From the NCBI GenBank assembly GCA_905178155.1, contig CAJINV010000002.1, forward strand, positions 9,554,650 to 9,618,649: 64,000 nt of DNA, read 5' to 3'. Shown here in pieces: positions 1 through 10,400 of this stretch. The first letter of the stretch is position 1. Each line of letters opens with the position of its first letter. Position numbers and translations under genes: made by a program. The notes under the pieces were generated by a model. That model was given only the letters and a program-made list of their open reading frames with translations. It was not told where the DNA came from and made no database searches. The DNA comes from Amoebophrya sp. A120 (taxonomy: Eukaryota > Protista > Dinoflagellata).

Positions 1-1040
1 GGTGCTAAGGAGCGCCGGGACCCGGTGCTGCGGAGCGCCGGGACCCGGTGCGGAGGAGCGCCGGGACCGGGACTACAAATTACAAAAAGGAGCGCCGGGA
101 CCCGGTGCTACGGAGCGCCGGGACCCGGTGCTGCGGAGCGCCGGGACCCGGTGCTGAGGAGCGCCGGGACCCGGTGCCGCGGAGCGCCGGGACCCAGACG
201 GAGGAGCGCCGGGACCGGCACTACGAATTCATTGCGAAAAGGAGCGCCGGGACCCGGTGCTGAGGAGCGCCGGGACCGGGACTACAAAATGCAAAAAGGA
301 GCGCCGGGACCAGGTGCTAAGGAGCGCCGGGACCCAGCGCTGCGGAGCGCCGGGACCCGGTGCGGAGGAGCGCCGGGACCCGGTGCTGCGGAGCGCGGGG
401 ACCAGGTGCCGGGGCGCGCCGGGACCCGATGCGGAGGAGCGCCGGGACCCGGTGCTGCGGAGCGCCGGGACCCGGGCGGAGGGGCGCCGGGGCCGGCACT
501 ACGAATTGCAAAAAGGAGCGCCGGGACCCGGTGCTGAGGAGCGCCGGGGCCGGGACTACAAATTGCAAAAAGGAGCGCCGGGACCCGGTGCTGCGGAGCG
601 CGGGGGCCACGTGCCGAGGAGCGCCGGGGCCCGATGCTGAGGAGCGCCGACGCCCGGTGCTGCGGAGCGCCGGGACCAGGTCCTGAGGAGCGCAGGGACC
701 CGGGCGGAGGAGCCCCGGGACCGGCACTACGACTTGCAAAAAGGAGCGCCGGGACCAGGTGCGAAGGAGCGCCGGGACCCGGTGCGGAGGAGCGCCGGGG
801 CCGGGACTACAAATTGCAAAAAGGAGCGCCGGGACCAGGTGCTAAGGAGCGCCGGCAACCGGTGCTGCGGAGCGCCGGGACCCGGTGCTGAGGAGCGCCA
901 GGACCCGCTGCTGCGGAGCGCTGGGATCACGTGCCGGGGCGCGCCGGGACCCGATGCTGAGGAGCGCCGGGACCCGGGCGGAGGGGCGCCGGGACCGGCA
1001 CTACGAATTGCAAAAAGGAGCGCCGGGACCCGGTGCTGAG
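1..1040. repeat. GC-rich tandem satellite, ~22-bp unit GGAGCGCCGGGACCCGGTGCTG(A/C), with periodic longer variants containing ACTAC(A/G)AATTGCAAAAA
   Basis: Dozens of head-to-tail copies visible; repetitive ORFs in all frames are a by-product. Confidence 0.95.
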
Positions 1041-1041
1041 G

Positions 1042-1172
1042 CGCGCGATCTCAAGGTGCGTCACGCCGCATTTAGGCGCGATCCTTAAGGTGCGTCACGA
1101 TCCCGTGGGCGTCTGTTTTGCAGAACCCGCCTCCCTGATCCCGTGGGCGCCTGTTTTGCAGAACCCGCCTCC
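1042..1172. repeat. Short direct duplications at the satellite edge (GCGCGATC..AAGGTGCGTCACG x2; ~39-bp ATCCCGTGGGCG.CTGTTTTGCAGAACCCGCCTCC x2)
   Basis: Direct reading. Confidence 0.8.
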
Positions 1173-1346
1173 ACGGCCGGCGGGCCACCATGGGCCACCA
1201 GGCTTCTGGAAAGGGAGGGTCAGCGGAGGGAGAGAGGCCAAGCTAGGCCCTGGGAAGCCGGAAAGGAAGGCAATAGGAAGAGGCCTGAAGGAAGGAGGGA
1301 GGGGCGGTGAGGGTGCAAGGATAGGTGGGGTCCTGGAGTTGGGGGG

Positions 1347-2281
1347 NNNNNNNNNNNNNNNNNNNNNNNNNNNNNNNNNNNNNNNNNNNNNNNNNNNNNN
1401 NNNNNNNNNNNNNNNNNNNNNNNNNNNNNNNNNNNNNNNNNNNNNNNNNNNNNNNNNNNNNNNNNNNNNNNNNNNNNNNNNNNNNNNNNNNNNNNNNNNN
1501 NNNNNNNNNNNNNNNNNNNNNNNNNNNNNNNNNNNNNNNNNNNNNNNNNNNNNNNNNNNNNNNNNNNNNNNNNNNNNNNNNNNNNNNNNNNNNNNNNNNN
1601 NNNNNNNNNNNNNNNNNNNNNNNNNNNNNNNNNNNNNNNNNNNNNNNNNNNNNNNNNNNNNNNNNNNNNNNNNNNNNNNNNNNNNNNNNNNNNNNNNNNN
1701 NNNNNNNNNNNNNNNNNNNNNNNNNNNNNNNNNNNNNNNNNNNNNNNNNNNNNNNNNNNNNNNNNNNNNNNNNNNNNNNNNNNNNNNNNNNNNNNNNNNN
1801 NNNNNNNNNNNNNNNNNNNNNNNNNNNNNNNNNNNNNNNNNNNNNNNNNNNNNNNNNNNNNNNNNNNNNNNNNNNNNNNNNNNNNNNNNNNNNNNNNNNN
1901 NNNNNNNNNNNNNNNNNNNNNNNNNNNNNNNNNNNNNNNNNNNNNNNNNNNNNNNNNNNNNNNNNNNNNNNNNNNNNNNNNNNNNNNNNNNNNNNNNNNN
2001 NNNNNNNNNNNNNNNNNNNNNNNNNNNNNNNNNNNNNNNNNNNNNNNNNNNNNNNNNNNNNNNNNNNNNNNNNNNNNNNNNNNNNNNNNNNNNNNNNNNN
2101 NNNNNNNNNNNNNNNNNNNNNNNNNNNNNNNNNNNNNNNNNNNNNNNNNNNNNNNNNNNNNNNNNNNNNNNNNNNNNNNNNNNNNNNNNNNNNNNNNNNN
2201 NNNNNNNNNNNNNNNNNNNNNNNNNNNNNNNNNNNNNNNNNNNNNNNNNNNNNNNNNNNNNNNNNNNNNNNNNNNNNNNNN
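1347..2281. other. Assembly gap (N run) bounded by G tracts
   Basis: N characters. Confidence 1.
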
Positions 2282-2578
2282 GGGGGGGGACGGGGTGGGT
2301 GGTCGAATCCCAATGTAGAGAATACTCCAAAAAACGCGCCGCATATACTTTGCAGCATGTGTAAAAACAGGCATAGCATTCCTTGTGTGTCAGTTGTACT
2401 CTCAAGGTCATTCATAATCGCTAAAATCGTGAAAATACTGAATGTCCAGAAAAATTGAAAATTTTATCTCGAAAAAAATATCGAAAAACACGTCGCAGAT
2501 GATGTATATTCATGCATGAACATAATGCAAAATGTATAAAAGTACGCTAGAAAGCGAAAGAATATTCATCACGCGTCC

Positions 2579-2984
2579 TGTTAAAAGTGGGAAGGAACAT
2601 CGACCACTTATCGAGCAACACACCCTGAACACGCTCCAGGATGTGGCAGAACCTCCGAACCAGCTCGGTCCGGGAACGAACTCAGTAGATAGGTAGAACC
2701 AACCTAAAACAGAAGGAAAGCAGTGCAGTTCGTTCAGTGTTCATCCTGAAACAGGTACTGTCTACCACGAAACGCCTTGCGATTCCTGACATCAACGATG
2801 TCCCTCCTGGTGCTCTCTTCCTCTCTCCCCTCTCTCCTGGCTGCCTCTTTAGTTTCTACCCCTACGCTGAAGCCTTAGCTACGAAACGATTGCTACTCGA
2901 GAGGGCCGACACAATCGCGCGCCAGAAAGCCGTACGGTGGGGCGTGCACTCCCCCTCGTACGGTCCCTGACACCACAATTGTTA
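2579..2984 (-). repeat. 3' LTR of copia copy A (~406 bp)
   Basis: Starts TGTTAAAAG, ends CCACAATTGTTA next to the polypurine tract; shares GTAGAACCAACCTAAAACAG with the copy B LTR. Confidence 0.85.
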
Positions 2985-5807
2985 CAACCCCCCCTCCAAA
3001 AAAAGAGGTCTTGACATCAGTGTTGAAAAACGCGAGTTTTGAAATCCGATAAGAGAAGGTAGAAGAACTAAGCCAGGAGGAGGGAAGACCTTCGATAGCC
3101 ACTAGAAACCTCTATCGCCACAAGAGAAAAACCAGATGTAATTCAAAAAAGGAGAACGCGAAATCATACACGGAATTCTGAAACTGAAACTGCGAAAACA
3201 CGATAGGCATGAAGAACCGGGAAAGAAATATACTTTTAAGTTGTGGATGAACAGATTAATTTTGTACAAAACGACCAGAAGTGTAGAAACAGCATGACAA
3301 ACTAAGTCTGGCACTCTTATGCAGAACGCCGTTTAGCATTACAAATTGCCGCACTTGGTTTGTTGTGCACAGATCTCGAAAATAAATTTTGTTGAACTTC
3401 CGCGGAGACTCAACAGCGAAACGGAAATAAATGTAGTCGCGAAACCGAAAAAGAGCATCATCTTACAGTAGTGCGAATTCTTGAAAATTTTACACGAAGG
3501 TTCATTTTTTTTTGTTTGTAGCGAAACGACAGATAGGAAACAAAAGAAGAAGGACATCAAGAAACGTGGTTTGTAATGCTGAGAACGCGAGGTTGAAGGT
3601 ATTTTTGCCGAAAATCTTGTGAAACATAGCAAAGCCCACTGAGAAAGGAGCTTTTGCGTGCTAGAGAGAGGAATCAAAAATGTCAAAAATGTATAAGAGC
3701 TTGAGCGAGCGGGGCGAAGGCAACATGTTGCTACAGGATAAGCATGGTTATCAGTTGAGCCCCCGCATGCGAGTTTTAGGTCGTGCAAAAAAGAAGAACT
3801 TGTGCTGCTGTGATAACACGCTCTTGGCATTGTAAGCCTTCCCCCGGTGGGTATCTGGACACGATACCCCGAGAGCTGTAAAGTATGTTTGTTCGCAGTA
3901 GTATCCTGGTAGCTGTTTAAAAGTTAGAATCACGCTGGGAGAGAAGAAAAACAAAACCGGAACGAAGACCCCCGGCGGCGGTCAGGGTTACGAATTCACT
4001 TCACTCCAGCATTCCCAGCACCTCCGGGGGAAGCTGAAAGTCGGCGTCGTTATGTTGCAGGAAGCGGCGAACCATTTCGAGATCGCATTTCGCGATCTCT
4101 TTGGTCAAAATGTCGCTCGGGTTCGCCGCGCCTTTGATGTGAAAAATACAAAGGTCGCCGTCCTGCACCAGCCGCGAAATGAAGAAATAATCCGCCCGCA
4201 GGTTGCGTTCCGTTGGCGCCCGTATTAGCGTGTTGGTGCTGCTCCGGACCACGTTGTTGGAGTCGGTGCAGATCACCAGCGGTTGCACTGCCGTAGCCAA
4301 GCCGGCGGAAACACAAATTCCGCGAAAGTACAGCAACTCGCTGATGATCAACCGGATTGCCAGCAATTCCGCGCTTGTGCTACTGCTGAAAACCCGGGAA
4401 GGCTTGGCGCTGTAGTGCGTGACCAGGTTGTAGACCAAATCTTTTTCGTTTTCCCCCGCTTGTGCAGCCTCTTTTCGCTTGTTGAGGAGGCAAACCATTG
4501 CCCCCAGGCGTGGCACCAAACTCGCATCGACCAGGCCCAGAACAACGTCGGGGGAGCTGCTGGTGGGCAAAATTTTGATCGTGTCCTGCGCGTTTTCCTT
4601 TACCAGCGCGATCAGCTCGTTGACTTCGCTCACCAATAGCTCGTAGTCTTCCTCCGTTGCCTCGTCGTCCACCCGCCCTGCCAGGATGCAGATGCTGGCC
4701 ACAAAACTCACCTGGCACTTGGTAACCCACATAAGCTCCCCAATCGCCCGGCGCAGGGGCGATTTTCGTTTTCTGTTTTGAAAAAAGTTCTGCAACTCCG
4801 CGTCGGAAATCATCTTCATCCCCTGGATGAACGACTGCTGACCCACTTCGAAGCCGATGTAGGTGGAGGAGGATGAAGCCGCGAAAATTTTTCCTCCTTC
4901 TGCCTTGCTGAACGTGTCGTCGTCCTTGTCACTTGGGGCCAATTCCCCGTGTCCCGTGCAGGTTATAGTCCGGCCGCAAAAATTGTCGAAGTCCCCAGGC
5001 TGCAAGCAGGTACGGCTTCCCGGCGGGAACTCCTCGAAGACCTTCTCCAAACTTTCATGCGCCGCCCGGCTGCCACCGTACAAGGTGTCGTCGACGTGAA
5101 CACCCAAAATCCCCTCGATTTGAGCTTCCTGCAGCAAGGGGTCGTCGATGCTGCTGCTCATCAGTGGGTTTTGGTTTCTCCTTTCCTCATCGCTGCTCGC
5201 AACGAGGTTGCTCTCCGTTTCTGCTGCTGGTGGGGCTTCGGCCCCGTTTGCTGGTTTCTGTTCTTGGGCGGGTTTCTGCTTGGGGAAGTACCACAGGCAT
5301 GGGTCCTGGTTGTCCTGCCGCCAACCCGCTACCCGCAAGCTCTTGAAGAGGGACTTTTGCCACTGCAGTGGAGCGTCGGCCAGGCCGTAGATGCAGCGCC
5401 GCAGTTTTATGAACTTGCTGTCGAACCCCATGCCCTGAATCGCCTCCGGTATCTGCAGCCAAACTGGGTCGGTTAACAGCTCGCCGCGGAGGAAAGCCTG
5501 ACTAATGTCGGCAATGTTCGCGAGCTTGTTATTCTTGGCGAGCCAGTGGAGGATGATGAGGAGGGAGCTGTCGCAAAGGGTGTGGCAGCGCTTTTCAAGT
5601 CCCCCCTCCAACCTGGAGTCCATGTAGCCCTTCGCGCACCACCTCATCTTCGCCTTCACAAATTTCCCGTTGCAGAACTTCAAAGCGAAGACGATCCGGG
5701 ACGCCACCACCGAAGCGTCGGGGGGGGGCGGTTTCCTTGTGGTGTCAGGGACCGTACGAGGGGGAGTGCGCGCCCCACCGTACGGCTTTCTGGCGCCACA
5801 ATTGTTA
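2579..5807 (-). mobile_element. Internally deleted Ty1/copia LTR retrotransposon (copy A): full 3' LTR, RT-RNase H, ~70-bp remnant of the 5' LTR
   Basis: 5-bp TSD CGTCC at 2574-2578 and 5808-5812; ends TGTTAA...ATTGTTA as in copy B; PPT at 2987-2997; RT/RH homologous to copy B. Confidence 0.92.
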
Positions 5808-5818
5808 CGTCCTTGCAT
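4001..5818 (-). CDS. Copia reverse transcriptase-RNase H only ORF (605 aa from the ATG at 5818)
   Basis: ADISQAFL, IYGLADAP, GVHVDDT (RT); LVDAS, SSTSAELLA, CTDSNN, NPSDILTK (RNase H); no stops. Confidence 0.85.
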   Translation of the reverse strand: MQGRNNCGARKPYGGARTPPRTVPDTTRKPPPPDASVVASRIVFALKFCNGKFVKAKMRWCAKGYMDSRLEGGLEKRCHTLCDSSLLIILHWLAKNNKLANIADISQAFLRGELLTDPVWLQIPEAIQGMGFDSKFIKLRRCIYGLADAPLQWQKSLFKSLRVAGWRQDNQDPCLWYFPKQKPAQEQKPANGAEAPPAAETESNLVASSDEERRNQNPLMSSSIDDPLLQEAQIEGILGVHVDDTLYGGSRAAHESLEKVFEEFPPGSRTCLQPGDFDNFCGRTITCTGHGELAPSDKDDDTFSKAEGGKIFAASSSSTYIGFEVGQQSFIQGMKMISDAELQNFFQNRKRKSPLRRAIGELMWVTKCQVSFVASICILAGRVDDEATEEDYELLVSEVNELIALVKENAQDTIKILPTSSSPDVVLGLVDASLVPRLGAMVCLLNKRKEAAQAGENEKDLVYNLVTHYSAKPSRVFSSSTSAELLAIRLIISELLYFRGICVSAGLATAVQPLVICTDSNNVVRSSTNTLIRAPTERNLRADYFFISRLVQDGDLCIFHIKGAANPSDILTKEIAKCDLEMVRRFLQHNDADFQLPPEVLGMLE

Positions 5819-5938
5819 CACTATATTTACAGAATTTGTTACTTTTTCATTTTTTTCAAAATTTTATTTTTATGGTAGATTCCAATTAATGTGGTTAATC
5901 TAATCAGAAATATGAAAAGTATACAAGGAAACGCCAAT

Positions 5939-6304
5939 TGTTAAATAGCATCGAACTATCTTAGCAACGCACTAGGAACACGCTTCCCAGATGCGGCAGA
6001 ACCACCAGACGACCTTCGTCCGGAACTCGAGATAGTAGAACCAACCTAAAACAGCAAAGGAAGATGCGCATTGTCAGTCCACGTCCGCCATAGCATGCGG
6101 ATATCCTCGAAACACGAGCAGAGTACACGAATCCCTCTCGATTCTCTCCCCCCACTCCTGGCCCACGACTCTAGCGATATTCACGACCTTAACCAGCTAA
6201 GTACGACCCTGAAGCGCTAAGGCTGTAAAATCTACGATATACAGGCGCAGGCGTGCCAATTTGTGGCGCTGGTGGTGTGCACCCCACCAACACCACAATT
6301 GTTA
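5939..6304 (-). repeat. 3' LTR of copia copy B (366 bp)
   Basis: Direct repeat of 14194-14557. Confidence 0.95.
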
Positions 6305-6317
6305 CACCCCCCTTCCC
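6305..6317 (-). promoter_or_regulatory. Polypurine tract (GGGAAGGGGGG-TG) for plus-strand priming
   Basis: Purine run on the minus strand immediately 5' of the 3' LTR. Confidence 0.85.
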
Positions 6318-7455
6318 AAAAATAGGCTTGAGCATGGTAGCGAAAAGGTAAAAGAAGTACAAAACCTATGGTCGTCCTGGCCAGGAGGGGAAGAGCTGTT
6401 TTGTGTCCTCGAACTTCATTTCGGTGCCCTTGCACCTTCTGTTGTCCTCGTTCGGAGTGCCCTTGCACTCTGTGTCCTCGATACTAGTACACCCTGCGTC
6501 CCCGAACTGAATACGTTAAAAGCGTTTGTCCTCGAAACTAGTAGCTGACCACGAAATAAAGAAATTGTCCACGAGATGGTGAAAACCACGAGAATATGTT
6601 ATAACTTTTGACCGCGATAGGTGACCACGAAACTAGCATGCATTGCGGGAAGAGATGCTCACGCGCATAGGATGCAAATTGTACACGAAGCTATCTTTTG
6701 AAACCGTAAACGAAGATATTTTTTTTTGAAATTTTACACGAAGATATTTTCTTTGCTAGAAGACGCCGAACCTAGAGAGTTTTGTACAAAAGAGCATGAC
6801 AAATTGGAGAATGTATTTGAGTGCGAATTCATATAGAATACCGAGAACCTTATGTGAAGCTTGCAACGTGGTTAGTACAGCCAAACGATAACAAAGTGCG
6901 AAACAGCATGAGAAACTTCATTTTTCTGGTTCAGTTCTTAAAGGTGGAAAACTCCTGCTTCCGCCGTGTTTGGAGGAGAACAAGATGGAGAAACATATCA
7001 GAAGTAGGTCATTTTTCTGGAACTTTTTCCACGAAAAGCACAAGGTCTTGCGGGGGTAGAAACGAAATCGAAATCCTACATGAAGCGACGAAACGAAAGA
7101 GAAGGCATCTATAGTGGTCTAGGACCTGGCTGGAAGGTGCTCTGTAAGCCTGAGAACGCGAATTTTGCAACATGTCTGGTAGATATCTTACAAAAATAAG
7201 AAAATCCCCCTTAGAAACCGAAGTTGGAAGTTGAAAAATGCAACGTGATTAGATTTGAAAACCGATAGAGCTACAAGATGCCGCGGGTTAAGCTGTCAGC
7301 TGCTTTTCGCGCGATTCAGGTCGCGCGAAGGGTTTTTTTTACTAAAGATCTTAATTGAAGTTGAGCTCATTCTTGTTGAGCTTCCGCGGACACTCAACAG
7401 CCAAAACAAACAAAACCGCGACGCCCTCCCCGCTCGGGGGTGCGGGTTATAAAAA

Positions 7456-10400
7456 TCAACCGTCCCCCAGCATACACAGCACCTCCGGCGGAAGCGCAAA
7501 CTGCGCTTTGTGGTGCTGGAGAAAATCCCGGACCATTTCCAAGTTGCATTTTTCCACCTGCTTCGTCAAAATGTCGCTCGGGTTTGCCGCGCCCTTGATG
7601 TGCCACAAAAGCAAGTCGCCGTCCTGAATCAGCCGCGAGATGAAGTTGTAGTCCGCCCGTAAATTACGCTCACTAGGCGTCCGGATCATAGTGCTGCTGC
7701 TGCTGCGGACGATGTTGTTGGAGTCGGTGCAGATCACCAGCGGCTGCACCGACAGGGTGAGGCCAGCGGAAACACAAATTCCGCGAAAGTATAACAGCTC
7801 GCTGATGATCAGGCGGATGGCAAGCAGTTCCGCGCTTGTGGAACTGCTAAAAACTCGGGAAGGTTTGGAGCTGTAGTGCGTGATCATGTTGTAGACTAGT
7901 TTTTCTGTCCCTTCGTCGCCCTGTCCCGAAGCAGCCTTCTCTTTGTTCAGCAAGCACACCAGCGCGCCGAGCCGCGGCACCAGCGAAGCGTCTACCAGGC
8001 CCAGAATTACATCTGGGGCTTGGGAGGTGGGTCGGATATGTATGGCGTCGCCCGCGTGCTCCTTGACTTGCCCGATCAAGTCATTAACCTCCGCCACTAG
8101 CGCGCTGTACTCCTCTTCCTCGGCTTCATCGTTCACCATGCCGGCGAGGATGCAGATGTTGGCCACAAAACTCACCTGGCATTTTGTGACCCACATCAAC
8201 TCCCCGATCGCCCGCCTCAGTGGCGACTTTCTTCTTCTGTTCGCGAAAAATTTCTGCACTTCCTCTTCGGTGATCGGGGACATGGTTTTGATGAAGGATT
8301 GCTGCCCAACTTCGAACGCCAAAGCGCAGTCCGAATCCGCGCCCGCGACGATCTTTTCCCCCTCTTTCAGCTCGAAACCGTTTTCCTGTTTCTCCTCGGG
8401 GAGCAACTCGCCGTGCTTGGTGCATTTAATGGAGCGGCCGCAGAAATTGTCGCTGTCCCCCGGCTGCAGGCAGGTCCGGCTTCCTGGCGGGAACTGCTCG
8501 AAGACCTTCTCCAAACTTTCGTGTGCGCGCTGCGACCCGCCGTAGATGGTGTCATCCACGTGAACACCCAAAATCCCCTCTATTTCTTGCTCCTTGAGCA
8601 AGGGGTCGTCGATGCTGCTGCGCAGCAGCGGGTTTGCGTTTCTCCTCTCCTCGTCGCCGCTTGGCTCCGCGGGCGTCTCCTCTGGCTCGGCTTCGGTTCC
8701 GGTGGTTCGTTTCTCGTCTGCCGCTGCTGGTTCTGCTTTCTCCTTGGGGAAGTACCACAAGCACGGGTCTTGCAGGTCCTGCCGCCACCCGGCTTCCTTC
8801 AAGCTCCGGAACAAAACTTTTTGCCACGCCAAAGGAGCATCCGCAAGCCCGTACAAGCAGCGGCGAAGCTTTATGTACTTCGCCTGGAAGCCGAAAGCCG
8901 TGTTGCCTTGGATCGCGGTGGGGATCTCCAGCCAGACGGGGTCAAGCAACAGGTCCCCGCGCAAAAACGCCTGGCTGATGTCCGCGATGTTCGCCAACTT
9001 GTTGTGCTTGCTCAGCCAGTGCAAAATTACCAGCAGGGAACTGTCGCAAAGGGTGTGGCAACGCTTCTCCAACTTCCCGCCCTCCAAGCGGGAATCCATG
9101 AAGCCCTTCGCGCGCCACCGCATCTTGGCCTTGACAAATTTCCCGGAATTGAACTTCAAAGTGAAGACGATCCGGCTTGCCACCACCGAGGCCCCGGCCG
9201 GCCTGTCGTCTTGCTGGCTGCCCATGTCGAAAACCCCAAGGGCCTGGATTCCCTTGACCTCCGCCGCCCTTGCTTCGTCCACCAGGTGCCACAGGCCGTA
9301 TTTGTCTATCTGCGCCATCGTGAGCTCGACGCTGCACCCGTTTGGCGTCACTGCTTCCCAGTTCACTTCCCGCGGCTGCTCGATTTTCAAAAACAAGTGA
9401 AGGTCTTCCCGCTGCGGTCTGTCCTGGCCCGGTTCGAAAACTTGGAAGGGAGTTTGGTGCCCGAAGCGGAAGGCCTGGTCGTACCCGCGAAGAGTTGGTG
9501 GAACTTGGCAGCCCCTGCGGAACACCTTCGCTTCAACCACGTAAACATCACCCCCAAAGCCCGCCGCCGTCCCCGAAACCGGTCGCCCGTTCAGGAGTTT
9601 GTTTATTTCTGTTACTACCGGATCGCGGAAGGAGGATTTGAAGACCGTTTGGCGGCCGCGCTGGGTGATCAAGTCCTGCAGGAAGTTTGTGTTGCTCTCG
9701 ATGGCCCTCAGCTGGTTCTTCCAGTCCCCCGCCGTCCGTAACACTGGATCGCGCTCCACCGGGTCCGCTTCGACCAAAAACAACTTGTCATCTTCCTCCT
9801 CCACCCGAGCTCGTCCTGTGCTGGTTTGTGCAACAAACGCTTGCGCCGCCTCGGTTAGTTCGCAGTTGTAAACTGGGCCGGTGGAGATGTTGAAGGTGGA
9901 AAAGGCCGCGCCGCGGTCGTCTATTTTTGTTGCCGGTGTGGATTTGTCGCGCGTGAAGAGCGCGTCGCAACTCGTCATCAGCAGTCTTCTGGTTTTGCTA
10001 GCTGGCTCTTCGGGAATGGGCGATCCAAAAATTTCCTCCTCGAGGATGTCCTGCGCGCTTCTCTTCTGGCCGGCCGCCCCAGCTTGCTGCGGAACTGCTT
10101 CTGGTGGTGGTCGCGGAGGTTCGAGTGGTTGTACGGTAGAAGCTGGCTTTTGCTTTGGCGGGCGGCCCCGCTTTCGTTCCTCCTTTATGATTTTGCGCGG
10201 CGGCTGGAACGTCGGTTCTGCCGCTGCTGCGACTGGTAGCTTGCTGTTGTTCCCGGAAGTTGTGGTCTTCTTTTCTTCGCCTGTCCCGACCGCCCCCGGT
10301 GCGGAAACTTGTTGCTTGCGGTCTTCAGGCGCTGTAATTCCTGGAAGCGGGTGGAAGTCGATGGGGGCGGTCATGTAGTCGCCCAAGGGTCTCCCGTGCT

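Noticed and set aside
1-1088. Repetitive ORFs (GAPGP / RSAGTRC) and a possible CRISPR-like array
   Set aside because: A stop-poor 22-bp satellite is open in all frames; there are no unique spacers and no cas genes
1033-2458. Long ORFs of 377-443 aa
   Set aside because: They span the N gap and are artefacts
6821-7114. Possible env-like or extra ORF in the copia 3' region
   Set aside because: Short, antisense to the element, non-ATG start and no counterpart in copy A
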